DNA from: a virus
Lineage: Duplodnaviria > Caudoviricetes
Virus record (IMG/VR): IMGVR_UViG_3300042298_002142
Location: 1-47,372 of that record
DNA length: 47,372 nt
Reading direction: 5' to 3' (one strand)
The number at the start of each line of letters is the position of its first letter. Positions within the stretch are counted from its first letter, which is position 1. Position numbers and translations under genes: made by a program. The notes beneath the pieces are model-generated. The model saw only the letters and a list, made by a program, of their open reading frames with translations. It was not told the origin of the DNA and did no database searches. Positions 1 through 8,875 of the stretch are shown here, piece by piece.

Positions 1-23
1 TGAGAGTCTGCTATATCGCCTCC

Positions 24-818
24 ATGAAAATCGACTTCACACCGTTCCCCCAGCAGAGGCAGAAGAAGGAAAACCGTCCCAAGGCCAAGGAGCGCAGGCC
101 CAGCAGGACCACGTTCATCGACCTCACCGGCAAACGCTTTGGCCGGTGGACTGTTCTCCACGAGTCGCCGAAACCCAGGAAAGGCCAGACACGCTGGCAT
201 TGCCTCTGTGACTGCGGCAAGGAGAAGCCCGCTGTCCTCTATGGCGGACTCGTCAGCGGCGCGTCAAAGTCATGCGGCTGTCTCCGCATGGAGGGTCTGG
301 TGAAGCCCACCCACCAAGTCCACGGCCAGCGCAACCCCACCTACCGCATTTGGCAGGGCATGCGGACACGCTGCTACAACCCGCTGCACCCGTCCTACCG
401 CAACCACGGTGAGCGGGGGATCACCATCTGCCCGCAGTGGCAGGATGATTTCGACCAGTTCCTCAAAGACATGGGACCGCGCCCCGAAGGGTTGTCCATC
501 GAACGCATCGACAATGAGGGGAACTACACGCCCGAGAATTGTAAGTGGGGCACCCGCTGTGAGCAGGCAGGCAACACCCGCAGGAACCTCGTGGTCGAGT
601 GGAACATGGTCCAGTGCAACCTGATCGACGTGGCACGCATGGAGAACGTGGATTACGCCAGCCTGCGCTACCACGTCTTCCACAAGGGACGCCCCTTGAA
701 GACGGCAGTGGCGATCCTGCGGGCATCGGGGCAAGCCTTCTACGAGATATCCAGTGAGAAAGGATCAACGCGGAAGAACAAGACCGACGAGAAGCGGAAC
801 AGGAGAATCAAGCTATGA
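24..818 (+). CDS. HNH-family homing endonuclease
   Basis: N-terminal DLTGKRFGRWTVL..WHCLCDCG..SKSCGC module, then YRIWQGMRTRCYNP..RGITICPQW..LSIERIDNEGNYTPENCKW, typical of phage HNH endonucleases. Confidence 0.85.
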   Translation: MKIDFTPFPQQRQKKENRPKAKERRPSRTTFIDLTGKRFGRWTVLHESPKPRKGQTRWHCLCDCGKEKPAVLYGGLVSGASKSCGCLRMEGLVKPTHQVHGQRNPTYRIWQGMRTRCYNPLHPSYRNHGERGITICPQWQDDFDQFLKDMGPRPEGLSIERIDNEGNYTPENCKWGTRCEQAGNTRRNLVVEWNMVQCNLIDVARMENVDYASLRYHVFHKGRPLKTAVAILRASGQAFYEISSEKGSTRKNKTDEKRNRRIKL

Positions 819-1303
819 AAAACCTGCACCCCAGCGAGAACAAATTCCACGTCGGCAACGGGGATGACGGGAAGCACTACTGGCTGACACCACCTGAACT
901 CTACGCAGAGTTGAACGCTGAGTTTCATTTTGACTTCGACCCGTGCCCCTGCCCAAAGCCTGACGATTTCGACGGGCTGACGTGTGAGTGGGGCAAGAGC
1001 AACTGGGTCAACCCGCCATTCGGCAGCATCATCCATGAGGGAAAAAAGAAAGGCCCGACCGCGTGGATGCGGAAAGCTATTGAAGAGCAGCAGAAGGGCA
1101 AACTGTCGGTGGTGGTCTATCCTGTGGACAAATGGGTGTTGATGATGCTCAAAGCCACGGGGGCGACGAACGTGCGCAACCTTGGAGACGTACGCTGGTG
1201 CGCCACGGAAGACGGGTCGCGGGGCAAAGGAACTGGACGGCACATCGCCATGTTCATCCTGCGCCCCGGAGAACCCTCCCCACCAGACGACTTCTGGGGC
1301 TAA
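815..1303 (+). CDS. Phage DNA N6-adenine methyltransferase (Dam-like)
   Basis: WLTPPELY..FDFDPC..WVNPPFG (NPPF catalytic motif); ATGA overlap with upstream gene; ends DDFWG. Confidence 0.8.
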   Translation: MKNLHPSENKFHVGNGDDGKHYWLTPPELYAELNAEFHFDFDPCPCPKPDDFDGLTCEWGKSNWVNPPFGSIIHEGKKKGPTAWMRKAIEEQQKGKLSVVVYPVDKWVLMMLKATGATNVRNLGDVRWCATEDGSRGKGTGRHIAMFILRPGEPSPPDDFWG

Positions 1304-1327
1304 CCCCTCATCTTTACACTTTCTTGA

Positions 1328-1342
1328 TTGACAACCTGTCAA
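1328..1342. promoter_or_regulatory. Palindrome TTGACA-acc-TGTCAA, possible operator overlapping a -35 box
   Basis: Perfect 6-bp inverted repeat in the intergenic gap before ORF 1365. Confidence 0.4.
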
Positions 1343-1364
1343 CCCCGTAGCACCGTCACACCCT

Positions 1365-1646
1365 ATGAGCGAACCACAAGCAAACCCACTCTTCCTCCGA
1401 CGCGCCCGCAAGATCAACACCATCGCCGAGGCCATTGACGGTGCGGCGGGGTACCTGAACAGCGGAGAGTTTGAACGGCAGGCGGCAGCCGCCTTCAATG
1501 GCAACTTCGGCCCCGAGCCGTTCGTCACCTTACAGATCACACTACGACGCGACCCCAAGCAGCCCGGCGCGTTTTCGTACCGCTGCAACACCAACGTCCG
1601 CCACGACATCGGCTCGGGCGTCAGCTTCTACGGACTTCAGCCATGA
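1365..1646 (+). CDS. Hypothetical protein
   Basis: ATG start, GC3-rich codons, ATGA overlap with next ORF. Confidence 0.7.
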   Translation: MSEPQANPLFLRRARKINTIAEAIDGAAGYLNSGEFERQAAAAFNGNFGPEPFVTLQITLRRDPKQPGAFSYRCNTNVRHDIGSGVSFYGLQP

Positions 1647-1957
1647 ACACGATCACACTCAAAGACACTGACGGCGGCGAGTGCCGCTTCACGCAAAACG
1701 AAGATGGGCAGGTTCGTGTGAAGTCGATAACGCTGGATGGAGTAGAGTACTCTGACATCGCCACCCCCGTTGAGGCAATGCTGTTCCAACGCCTGCTCGA
1801 ACTCTCGTGGGTACCCATCATCGAGCGCCTGCCCACGCGGGAAGACGCCAACGACTTTGCCGACGTGGAGTGGTCGGACGGCAAGCAGGTGTGGGAAGGC
1901 ACGTTCAACGAACTCCACGACACCGCAACCCATTGGAAGAGGATCGTGCTCCCATGA
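1643..1957 (+). CDS. Hypothetical protein (C-terminal WVPIIERLP..ATHW, DUF551-like)
   Basis: Coupled ORF; the W.P..ERLP...THW pattern is common in small phage proteins. Confidence 0.65.
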   Translation: MNTITLKDTDGGECRFTQNEDGQVRVKSITLDGVEYSDIATPVEAMLFQRLLELSWVPIIERLPTREDANDFADVEWSDGKQVWEGTFNELHDTATHWKRIVLP

Positions 1958-2169
1958 CCACCGACGAACATCTCGACAAAATCGTGGAGCGGTGCCGTTC
2001 TGTTGCCGCCACCCCTGAAATGCTCCTGGTCCACGCGATGTTCAGCACAACCATCGTCGCCATCGAAGGGCTGCGGCTCATCGCCAGCCAAGGGTCGCAC
2101 CCGGAGAGCAGTTCCGCCAAGTGCGACCTGCACAAGATCATCAATTTTTGGCCTGAAGAACTTCTTTGA
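1954..2169 (+). CDS. Hypothetical protein (MTTDEHLDKIV...)
   Basis: ATGA overlap at 1954; the longer track start at 1807 overlaps another gene. Confidence 0.65.
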   Translation: MTTDEHLDKIVERCRSVAATPEMLLVHAMFSTTIVAIEGLRLIASQGSHPESSSAKCDLHKIINFWPEELL

Positions 2170-2202
2170 CAGCCACACCATTCAACCTTACACATTAATA
2201 TA

Positions 2203-2427
2203 ATGACTGACCTGCCCCAAGACCCGCGCCTCAACCAAACCATACAGGCGTTCTCCGCCTACATGGCGGCATCCGAAGTGGCGCGAGTAGCCATCGGAGT
2301 GATTGAGGTGGCACTGAAAAAGGGGCTGCACCATTCCCGCCCATCGCTGGAGCAGGCTGTCCCGCTGCTCAGAGCGCAGTTGACCGACATCAGCCTGGGT
2401 CTCGACCCCAACACACCACCTTCATGA
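2203..2427 (+). CDS. Hypothetical protein
   Basis: ORF in tightly packed + strand cluster. Confidence 0.6.
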   Translation: MTDLPQDPRLNQTIQAFSAYMAASEVARVAIGVIEVALKKGLHHSRPSLEQAVPLLRAQLTDISLGLDPNTPPS

Positions 2428-2897
2428 AGATCCTCTGCATCCTCCAAAACCAATGGGCCAAAGATCCCGACCGGATTCTCGCCCTGCACGCCAAGCACCC
2501 CGGCAGGCGCAACGAGATCATCACGCGCATGTTGTTCCGTGAATCTCTGACTGGTCAGCGCATTGAGATGGTCTTTGGCGACCTGATGGAGCAGCACGCC
2601 TTTATCTTCGACGAAGCGTCCACCGTGGTCACGCCGTCCAGCAAAGGCAATCCGCCCTACAACGCCAACCACGTCCGCGAAACCATCACTCGCGTCCAGC
2701 CAGATGCCGTCATCACCTTCGGCTCGTCCTCGCGTCGGGCGGTGGAGGATGTGCGCAAAGCCAAACGTCTCAAGATCGACCTGCCTCCGGTGATTGAGTG
2801 TGTCCATCCCGCCATCCAGAAACCCACCTGGATGCGGCAGATGCTAGCCACCAAAGCGGCGCTCAAGGAAATCATTAAACGGCTGCAACCCGTATGA
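2424..2897 (+). CDS. Uracil-DNA glycosylase-superfamily-like protein
   Basis: ILCILQN N-terminal strand, S.TGQRI, QPDAVITFG..A and C-terminal HP resemble the UDG-like fold layout. Confidence 0.45.
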   Translation: MKILCILQNQWAKDPDRILALHAKHPGRRNEIITRMLFRESLTGQRIEMVFGDLMEQHAFIFDEASTVVTPSSKGNPPYNANHVRETITRVQPDAVITFGSSSRRAVEDVRKAKRLKIDLPPVIECVHPAIQKPTWMRQMLATKAALKEIIKRLQPV

Positions 2898-3154
2898 AAA
2901 CCCCCTCCCTGATCGAAGACGGACACACCCTCGACCTGACTCCCTGGTGGCATCGGTGCCTGCAAAAGCTCCTCCCGTTCAAGCGTCGGAAGGTGGTGGC
3001 ACTGGAAGACGTGTTGCCGCTGCTTGATGCACTGGAAAGCGTCGAAGCCCAAGGCCGTCCGCACAGTCGCGTCTGCGGGTGTGAGTTGTGCGAGACCTGG
3101 GATCAAGTTCACTACGCCTACACCAAGTTCATCTTCAAACATCCACTGCCATGA
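2894..3154 (+). CDS. Hypothetical protein with H..CGCELC metal-binding motif
   Basis: Coupled ORF with a Cys cluster. Confidence 0.6.
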   Translation: MKTPSLIEDGHTLDLTPWWHRCLQKLLPFKRRKVVALEDVLPLLDALESVEAQGRPHSRVCGCELCETWDQVHYAYTKFIFKHPLP

Positions 3155-3339
3155 GTACCTCTGAATCTTCCGCAATCGAGTGGTTCACCAAAGACCGCGA
3201 AGGCGAGACACCTAAACGCCCGGACGGTTCCATCGACTTTGAGGATTTGTGCGGGGAGTTCCTGGTTGAAGGAGTGCCCTACAAGACTGTAAAAGAAAAA
3301 TACGACGCACTTCCACCCTATCTAAAACTTGACGTATGA
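3151..3339 (+). CDS. Hypothetical protein (MSTSESS...)
   Basis: ATGA overlaps at both ends. Confidence 0.6.
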   Translation: MSTSESSAIEWFTKDREGETPKRPDGSIDFEDLCGEFLVEGVPYKTVKEKYDALPPYLKLDV

Positions 3340-3632
3340 CCAACTCCCACTGGCTCACCCTCTCCGCCACCCTCCTGATCATCTCCGCCCTGCTGGTCGG
3401 GCGCTGGGTCTATGAGGTGTTCCGCTACACCAAGGAAAAGCGCATCGCGTTGGAGGCCCAACGGCACATGCTGCGTTTCTGCAAACACCCCACACGCCGC
3501 AACTGGGAGAACGCCTGGATATTCATCACTGACAACGAGGTCAAGCTCGGCGAGTTGGACTGGCCGCTGGTCGAGCGGTTCACCAAAACAGCGGTCGCCA
3601 TCAACTTTCCACCCGAGGAGGTGAAGGCATGA
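3336..3632 (+). CDS. Hypothetical membrane protein
   Basis: N-terminal hydrophobic helix WLTLSATLLIISALLVG. Confidence 0.65.
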   Translation: MTNSHWLTLSATLLIISALLVGRWVYEVFRYTKEKRIALEAQRHMLRFCKHPTRRNWENAWIFITDNEVKLGELDWPLVERFTKTAVAINFPPEEVKA

Positions 3633-3847
3633 ATTTCAAACATTTCACATACACCTTCATCGGCGTCGTGTTTTTCAGTTTCGCCGCATTTGTCGGGATG
3701 TTCTTCCTGACCGTCCAACGCAGCAGAGAAGCAAATCGTGTTGCGTTGGACGTTTGGAATCGCACCCACCCTGAGATGCGCCTGACTCGTGAGGAGTTCG
3801 ACGCGCTCAGCAACAGGCGCATGCTGAATCTTAACAAATCCGACTGA
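3629..3847 (+). CDS. Hypothetical membrane protein
   Basis: TM segment FTYTFIGVVFFSFAAFVGMFFL. Confidence 0.65.
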   Translation: MNFKHFTYTFIGVVFFSFAAFVGMFFLTVQRSREANRVALDVWNRTHPEMRLTREEFDALSNRRMLNLNKSD

Positions 3848-4080
3848 TGCCCAACCCTCGCAAAAACCTCAAAGGCAAAACCTACGGCAGCCTCACCGTG
3901 CTGCGTCTGGCGAAGCCTGACAACAGCGGCAACACGCAATGGCTGTGCCTCTGCGACTGCGGCAAGGAAACCACCGTGCGCTACCAGCACCTTTACACCG
4001 GACGCACCAAGTCGTGCGGCTGTGGCAAGAAGCGCGGGCGCAGCCTGGACCCGCTCAGCGAGGAGGCGTTCTGGGGATGA
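3847..4080 (+). CDS. Stand-alone HNH-associated Cys4 DNA-binding module
   Basis: NLKGKTYGSLTVL..WLCLCDCG..TKSCGC is paralogous to the N-terminus of 24..818; no nuclease domain; ends EEAFWG. Confidence 0.7.
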   Translation: MPNPRKNLKGKTYGSLTVLRLAKPDNSGNTQWLCLCDCGKETTVRYQHLYTGRTKSCGCGKKRGRSLDPLSEEAFWG

Positions 4081-4379
4081 GTGCTGACGAGAGCAACTGG
4101 AAACCTGACTACTCCGTCACCCCTCGCCGTGTGGTGTGCGCAGCGAACCGCCACAAGACCAAAGGCATCGTCGTCTGCGGAGTAAGGCATTGGGACAAAC
4201 TTATGAGAGGACAAGTCGATGCCATGGGAGAGAAACCCATCGGCTGGGATCAAGGGTTTGTGGATCAGTTTGGCGATTGGATGAACCGTGAGGAGGCTTG
4301 GAAGATCGCCACCGATCAAAATTAGATTGTCCGAGAAGTGTCCTCGCCGGGAACCCTTTACAGCGAGAATTTGTACTGA
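4077..4379 (+). pseudogene. Conserved phage hypothetical protein interrupted by an in-frame TAG at 4323-4325
   Basis: VVCAANR..G.RH.D..QGFVDQFG..R.EAW.IA family; the frame continues *IVREVSSPGTLYSENLY to TGA 4377-4379, abutting the convergent gene. Confidence 0.6.
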
Positions 4380-4742
4380 TCACCCCTTCTTCGCAGGTTT
4401 CCCCACCTCCCCGATGAACCCTTTCACCGGCTTGACCAGTAGCAGGCGCACGACCTTCCGGTAGTTCCGTTGCACCGTGATCCTGCTCACACCCAGTAGT
4501 TGAGCGATCTTCTTGCAGCCGAGCGTCCAGTCCACCTGCACCCACGAGGACAGCGGGATGAACCGGCGTGTGGTCTTCAACCTCTTGCGCTGATACCCGG
4601 CTTTCATCTCGGCGTGTCTCTCGCACAACTTGCTCTTGGGACAACGGATGGAGGGTTTGCCGCCGCAGATGGGGCACAGGTTTGCCCCCTTGCGCATCAG
4701 CGCCCACCGCTGTTGTTTTGAAAGTTCATCGAAATTTAGCAT
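4380..4742 (-). CDS. Zn-finger + HTH putative transcription regulator
   Basis: CPICG..RC..LCERH followed by KKIAQLLGVSRITVQRNY helix-turn-helix; ATG at 4742; divergent from portal. Confidence 0.65.
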   Translation of the reverse strand: MLNFDELSKQQRWALMRKGANLCPICGGKPSIRCPKSKLCERHAEMKAGYQRKRLKTTRRFIPLSSWVQVDWTLGCKKIAQLLGVSRITVQRNYRKVVRLLLVKPVKGFIGEVGKPAKKG

Positions 4743-4779
4743 TGACCTGATATATACTTGGTGGCAGCATGCGGTCAAT
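4741..4779. promoter_or_regulatory. Overlapping divergent sigma70-like promoters within an ATTGACC...GGTCAAT inverted repeat
   Basis: + strand TTGACC(4742-4747)-17-CAGCAT; - strand TTGACC(4778-4773)-16/18-TATATA/TATATC. Confidence 0.5.
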
Positions 4780-4823
4780 AGCCTATTGCGCCCGTGGGGA
4801 ATGTAGGCTCTTATCCCGGCACC

Positions 4824-7136
4824 ATGCCCGAATTACCCTCATCTCTCGCCAAGCTGCCAACGGAGACTCCCCCGGTCCCGGACGCCACCGCCGCCACTCG
4901 CGTCAAGCGGGCAAGCGACGTGGTCAGCCAGTTCCAAACACTCTTCAACGAGGACTACATCGCCAGCCGCGACAGAGCGGTCGTGCAGTCCATGGCAGAC
5001 CGACAGCCGCCCTACAGCGACGGCGTGCTGCGCAAGCTGGGCATCTCTGGCATCACCAACGTCAACTGGGGCGACTTGGGCGTTGCCCAGGCCGAGGCAG
5101 AGAAGCCGTACAATTCGGTGCTCATGTCGATGTCGCACTTCGGCATCGTGCCCTTCAAGCGTGAGGCGATCAACCAAGGCGTCGTCTCTGAGTCAGACGC
5201 CGAGGGAATGCAGATGGTCGTGGCGGAGGAGCTTCACCGCATGATCACCGAATGGCGAGACTTCCGGTTCTGGTGGAAGCTGCTGGCCCACTACTTCTCC
5301 ATGTGGGGCGTCGGGTTCAACTACCGCGACGACAATCTCGACTGGCGTTGGAAGGCGGCGTCCCTTCAAGAGGTGAAAATTCCTCGCGGCGTCAAAGCAA
5401 GCGTCAACGAGGCCAACCACATTTTCATGAAGGTGGACATGACCCCGTCCGAACTTTTTGCCAAAGTGAAAGACCCCGAGGCAGGCAGGCTTACCGGGTG
5501 GAACGAAGCCGCGATTCGCAAGTCCTGCATCAACGCACAGCCCAAGCCGCTCGAAACGCAGTCGCCCGAAGCAATGGAGGCAATGTGGAAGGATAACGCT
5601 TTTTACGCAGGTAACACCAACGTCGTCATCCAAGCCGTCCACGGATTTGACAAAGAAGTGGACGGCACGGTCAGTCACTACATCGTGGACTACCTGCTCA
5701 ACACGGACGACGCTGAGTTCCTCTACGAGAAGAAGGGCGAGTTCGGCAGCATGTCTGAGTTCATCAACGCTTACCTCTTCGGCGTCGGCACCAATGGCGA
5801 TTTGCACAGCATCCGAGGCAACGCTTTCAACCTGTTCCCCGCCGCCAGTGCCCTCAACAAACTGCGGTGCAAGCTGGTGGACAAGGCCAACGACGAGGCC
5901 AACACCTTTCTTTCCACCGAGAACGAAGATGCGACCATTGACAACATGATCGTGCCTCGTGGTCCGTATTTCCAGCTCTCCACCGGCACCACCTTCGTCG
6001 AGCGGACCACACCCCCGGTCGCCCAGAACCTCGTACCCGCCATCTCCGCGATGAACGAGGTGTTCCGTACGCAGTCCTCGGGCATGGCTCCGCGCTCCAC
6101 CAGCCAGTCGGAGGAGGGGCAGAAGACCAAGTACGAGCTTCAACGGCGGGACGAGATCGACTCCTCGCTCACCAGCGATGCCATGGACATGTTCATGGAA
6201 GCGTGGAAGTGGGACTACCGCGAGGTGGTCAAGAGGGTCATCAACCCGGAGCTTCACCCCGACCATCCGGGCGGTGCGCAGGCGTTTGAGTTTCGCAAAA
6301 GGTGTATCGAACGTGGGGTGCCCGAGCAGGCGTTGCTCTTGCTCGACTACGACCGGATCACCCTCAACACGGGCATCGGTCGTGGGTCGAGCGCCGAGCG
6401 CCGGTCAGTGCTCTCCAACTTGAACGAGACCATCTATGGTCGCCTCGACCCCGAGGGGCAGCAGACCCTCACCCGCGACACCATTGCCGCGCAGACCGAC
6501 TACCGTTACGCCCTGTCGCTCGTGCCACGGATGGCCGGGCAGCGTCCGCCAATCGACAAGCAGATCGCCAACAACGAGAACCAACTTCTTCAGGTCGGCG
6601 GCAACGCCATCATCGTGCCGAACCAGAACCACGAGGTTCACGTCAGCACTCATCTCGAACTGTTGCAGGCGCTCAACGCCGCGCTCTCCAACGTCGAGAT
6701 GGAGTTGGAAGAAGCCATTCCGGTCATGCAGAAGGCGTCCGAGCACTGCGGCATGCACATGGAGTACCTCGACCCAGAGAGTGCCCCCTACCGCGAGTTC
6801 AAGCAGCAGCTTCAACAGCTTGGCGAGGTCATCACCAACGGCGCGAAACATCTGGAGGCCGAACGGCGCAAAGCCGAGAAGGAGCAGGCCAAGATGCAGG
6901 GGATGCCCGCCACCGAGGACGGCACCCCTCCCGGCGTGTTCGGACAGGCGGTGGACGCCGCCGCCAAGATGGAGTTGCTTACCCAGCAGGGTCTCACCAA
7001 GATGGAACTCCAGAAACGGGAGGCCGATCAAAAGCTCCTCATCAACGACGCCTTCGCCGCGCAGAAGCTCAAACACATGGAAGCCCAGCAGCAGGTTAAA
7101 GCGCGGGCACCCCAGAAGACACCTCCCCAAGCATGA
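4824..7136 (+). CDS. Portal protein (putative)
   Basis: About 770 aa; first gene of the head operon, upstream of scaffold and MCP; helical/coiled-coil Q/K/A-rich C-terminus as in P22-like portals; ATG 4824 preferred over GTG 4794. Confidence 0.65.
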   Translation: MPELPSSLAKLPTETPPVPDATAATRVKRASDVVSQFQTLFNEDYIASRDRAVVQSMADRQPPYSDGVLRKLGISGITNVNWGDLGVAQAEAEKPYNSVLMSMSHFGIVPFKREAINQGVVSESDAEGMQMVVAEELHRMITEWRDFRFWWKLLAHYFSMWGVGFNYRDDNLDWRWKAASLQEVKIPRGVKASVNEANHIFMKVDMTPSELFAKVKDPEAGRLTGWNEAAIRKSCINAQPKPLETQSPEAMEAMWKDNAFYAGNTNVVIQAVHGFDKEVDGTVSHYIVDYLLNTDDAEFLYEKKGEFGSMSEFINAYLFGVGTNGDLHSIRGNAFNLFPAASALNKLRCKLVDKANDEANTFLSTENEDATIDNMIVPRGPYFQLSTGTTFVERTTPPVAQNLVPAISAMNEVFRTQSSGMAPRSTSQSEEGQKTKYELQRRDEIDSSLTSDAMDMFMEAWKWDYREVVKRVINPELHPDHPGGAQAFEFRKRCIERGVPEQALLLLDYDRITLNTGIGRGSSAERRSVLSNLNETIYGRLDPEGQQTLTRDTIAAQTDYRYALSLVPRMAGQRPPIDKQIANNENQLLQVGGNAIIVPNQNHEVHVSTHLELLQALNAALSNVEMELEEAIPVMQKASEHCGMHMEYLDPESAPYREFKQQLQQLGEVITNGAKHLEAERRKAEKEQAKMQGMPATEDGTPPGVFGQAVDAAAKMELLTQQGLTKMELQKREADQKLLINDAFAAQKLKHMEAQQQVKARAPQKTPPQA

Positions 7137-7492
7137 ACACACCCATCCTGTCCAGCCCCGAGATCAGCCGGTTCAGGTCTTCTGCCCCGTTGCAGGAAGC
7201 TCTGAAAGCCGAGTTGAAGCTGCCCGGCATTTCCGCCGCTCTCGCCGCCATCGCCAGCACCACGCTGCCACGGAGCATCCCCGGCAGTATTCCCGGCAAC
7301 CACCCGGACACTGCCATCGCGCATCAGTTCTTCCGCATGTTCGGGGTGCAGCAGGTGCTCTCCACGTTGGAAGCCATGTCCGTCGCCCCTGGCAAGCACA
7401 TCCTGGAGCAGGTGCCCGAGGTGGACGCTTTCACCACCACCCTGCCGCCCGAGTTTGCTGATCCCCTCCCGCCTGACCAAAGGAAGAAATAG
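7133..7492 (+). CDS. Small head-module protein between portal and scaffold
   Basis: ATGA overlap with portal; ends in TAG in frame with the scaffold. Confidence 0.7.
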   Translation: MNTPILSSPEISRFRSSAPLQEALKAELKLPGISAALAAIASTTLPRSIPGSIPGNHPDTAIAHQFFRMFGVQQVLSTLEAMSVAPGKHILEQVPEVDAFTTTLPPEFADPLPPDQRKK

Positions 7493-7495
7493 TTT

Positions 7496-8677
7496 ATGTC
7501 CAACCCTACCACACCCGACGCCCCTGAATCTGTTGATCTCGACATGGGGGGACTCGACGCCGCCCTGGCAACCCTCAACCCGGCAAACCCGCCGCCCGTC
7601 GAGGCCGCTCCGGTAACGCCGCCTGACGCCCCTGCGGACGCTCCGAAGCCTGCCGACGCAAAACCCGCCGACGAGAAGCCCAAGAAAGGTCTCGACGCGC
7701 TGCCCGGCGAAGCGGTTGAGGAGAAAAAGGAGGAAGCCAAGAAGGAAGAGCCTGTTGCCGAACCAGAGGTGGATACCTCCAAATGGGCCAAACCCCAGCA
7801 GCAGGCGTTCGCCGCCATGCGTGCGGAGAAGAAACGCGCCGAAGAAACGGCCCGCGATGCCCAGATCCGCTACGACAAGCTCCAGAAGGAGTATGAAGCA
7901 TTCAAAGCCACGCCGAAAGACAGCGAGGAGACTGCCAAAAAGCTCGCAGAACTGGAAACGTGGAAGCGTGCTCACGATTTGAAGAGCACTCCTGAGTGGG
8001 TGTCTGCCGTGGACACTCCCATCCAGCAAAGCCTTAGCCTGTTGGAGCGTATCGCCGGGCACGCCAAAATCGACGCCAAGGCGCTGATCGACGCCACGGA
8101 CGAACCTATCCAGTTCGAGCGCATTCTTGCCATCCGCGAAGTCTTCGAGGCGGCGGAAGAGCCGGTACCCGACACCCTCATCACCGCTGCCGTCAACGAG
8201 GCCGACAAGCTGCACCCGCTCTACGAGAAAGCGGCGAAGATGGAGAAGGAGGCCGAACAAACCCTCAACAGTCTCAACCATCAGACCGAGCAGCAGAAAG
8301 CCGCCGCCGCCAAGGCGGAGGAAGCCGCCTACCTTAAGCACCACGACCACATTTATGACCAGATGGTGAAGAAGCTGCCGTCGATCTTCAACAATCCCGA
8401 GGTCGCCGAGGAGATCAAGTCCGCTCGCCCGGCCACCGATCCAGCCGACAAGGCGTTCCAAGCCCAAGCCGCCGCCGCGCTTCCCACCATCGTCAAGGAA
8501 CTCTTTGCCGTCCGTGAAGAGGTGAAGAAGGAGCGTGCCGCCAAGCTCGCCCTGCTTAACACCCGTCCCGGCGTCAAGCCTTCCAGCACTCCTGTCCAGA
8601 AACCCGCCAGCCCGGAAGACGTGGAACTTGATGAAGAAGGGCTTACCGCCGCCCTGCGCGGGTTGAGGGCGCAATAA
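7496..8677 (+). CDS. Capsid scaffolding protein (putative)
   Basis: P/A/E/K-rich disordered N-terminus, coiled coils, position just before MCP. Confidence 0.7.
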   Translation: MSNPTTPDAPESVDLDMGGLDAALATLNPANPPPVEAAPVTPPDAPADAPKPADAKPADEKPKKGLDALPGEAVEEKKEEAKKEEPVAEPEVDTSKWAKPQQQAFAAMRAEKKRAEETARDAQIRYDKLQKEYEAFKATPKDSEETAKKLAELETWKRAHDLKSTPEWVSAVDTPIQQSLSLLERIAGHAKIDAKALIDATDEPIQFERILAIREVFEAAEEPVPDTLITAAVNEADKLHPLYEKAAKMEKEAEQTLNSLNHQTEQQKAAAAKAEEAAYLKHHDHIYDQMVKKLPSIFNNPEVAEEIKSARPATDPADKAFQAQAAAALPTIVKELFAVREEVKKERAAKLALLNTRPGVKPSSTPVQKPASPEDVELDEEGLTAALRGLRAQ

Positions 8678-8683
8678 TTCTGT

Positions 8684-8712
8684 TTGACATCCACATGCAG
8701 AGTGTATAGTGT
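8684..8712 (+). promoter_or_regulatory. Sigma70-like promoter for the major capsid gene
   Basis: TTGACA 8684-8689; TATAGT at 15-bp or TAGTGT at 17-bp spacing; intergenic. Confidence 0.55.
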
Positions 8713-8875
8713 TTGTCATTGAAGCGTAAAATCGCCTGACCTTCACAGGCATTTAGTAAACTGGAGCGTAAACACGCAGGCACCTCCCCTGACTCAAGCA
8801 ACTCGCCTTGCTTTCGTCATCGGGATAATAACGGTCACGTTGAGCAGGCCAACACCCTCAACTTACCCTACCGTT

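Noticed and set aside
2143-2169. NFWPEELL terminus (also KRWGC at 46690 and EGDPF at 43427) as further FWG tags
   Set aside because: Only partial matches; not counted
3336-3847. Two single-TM genes as holins
   Set aside because: They lie in the early small-gene cluster ~10 kb from the endolysin; no supporting features
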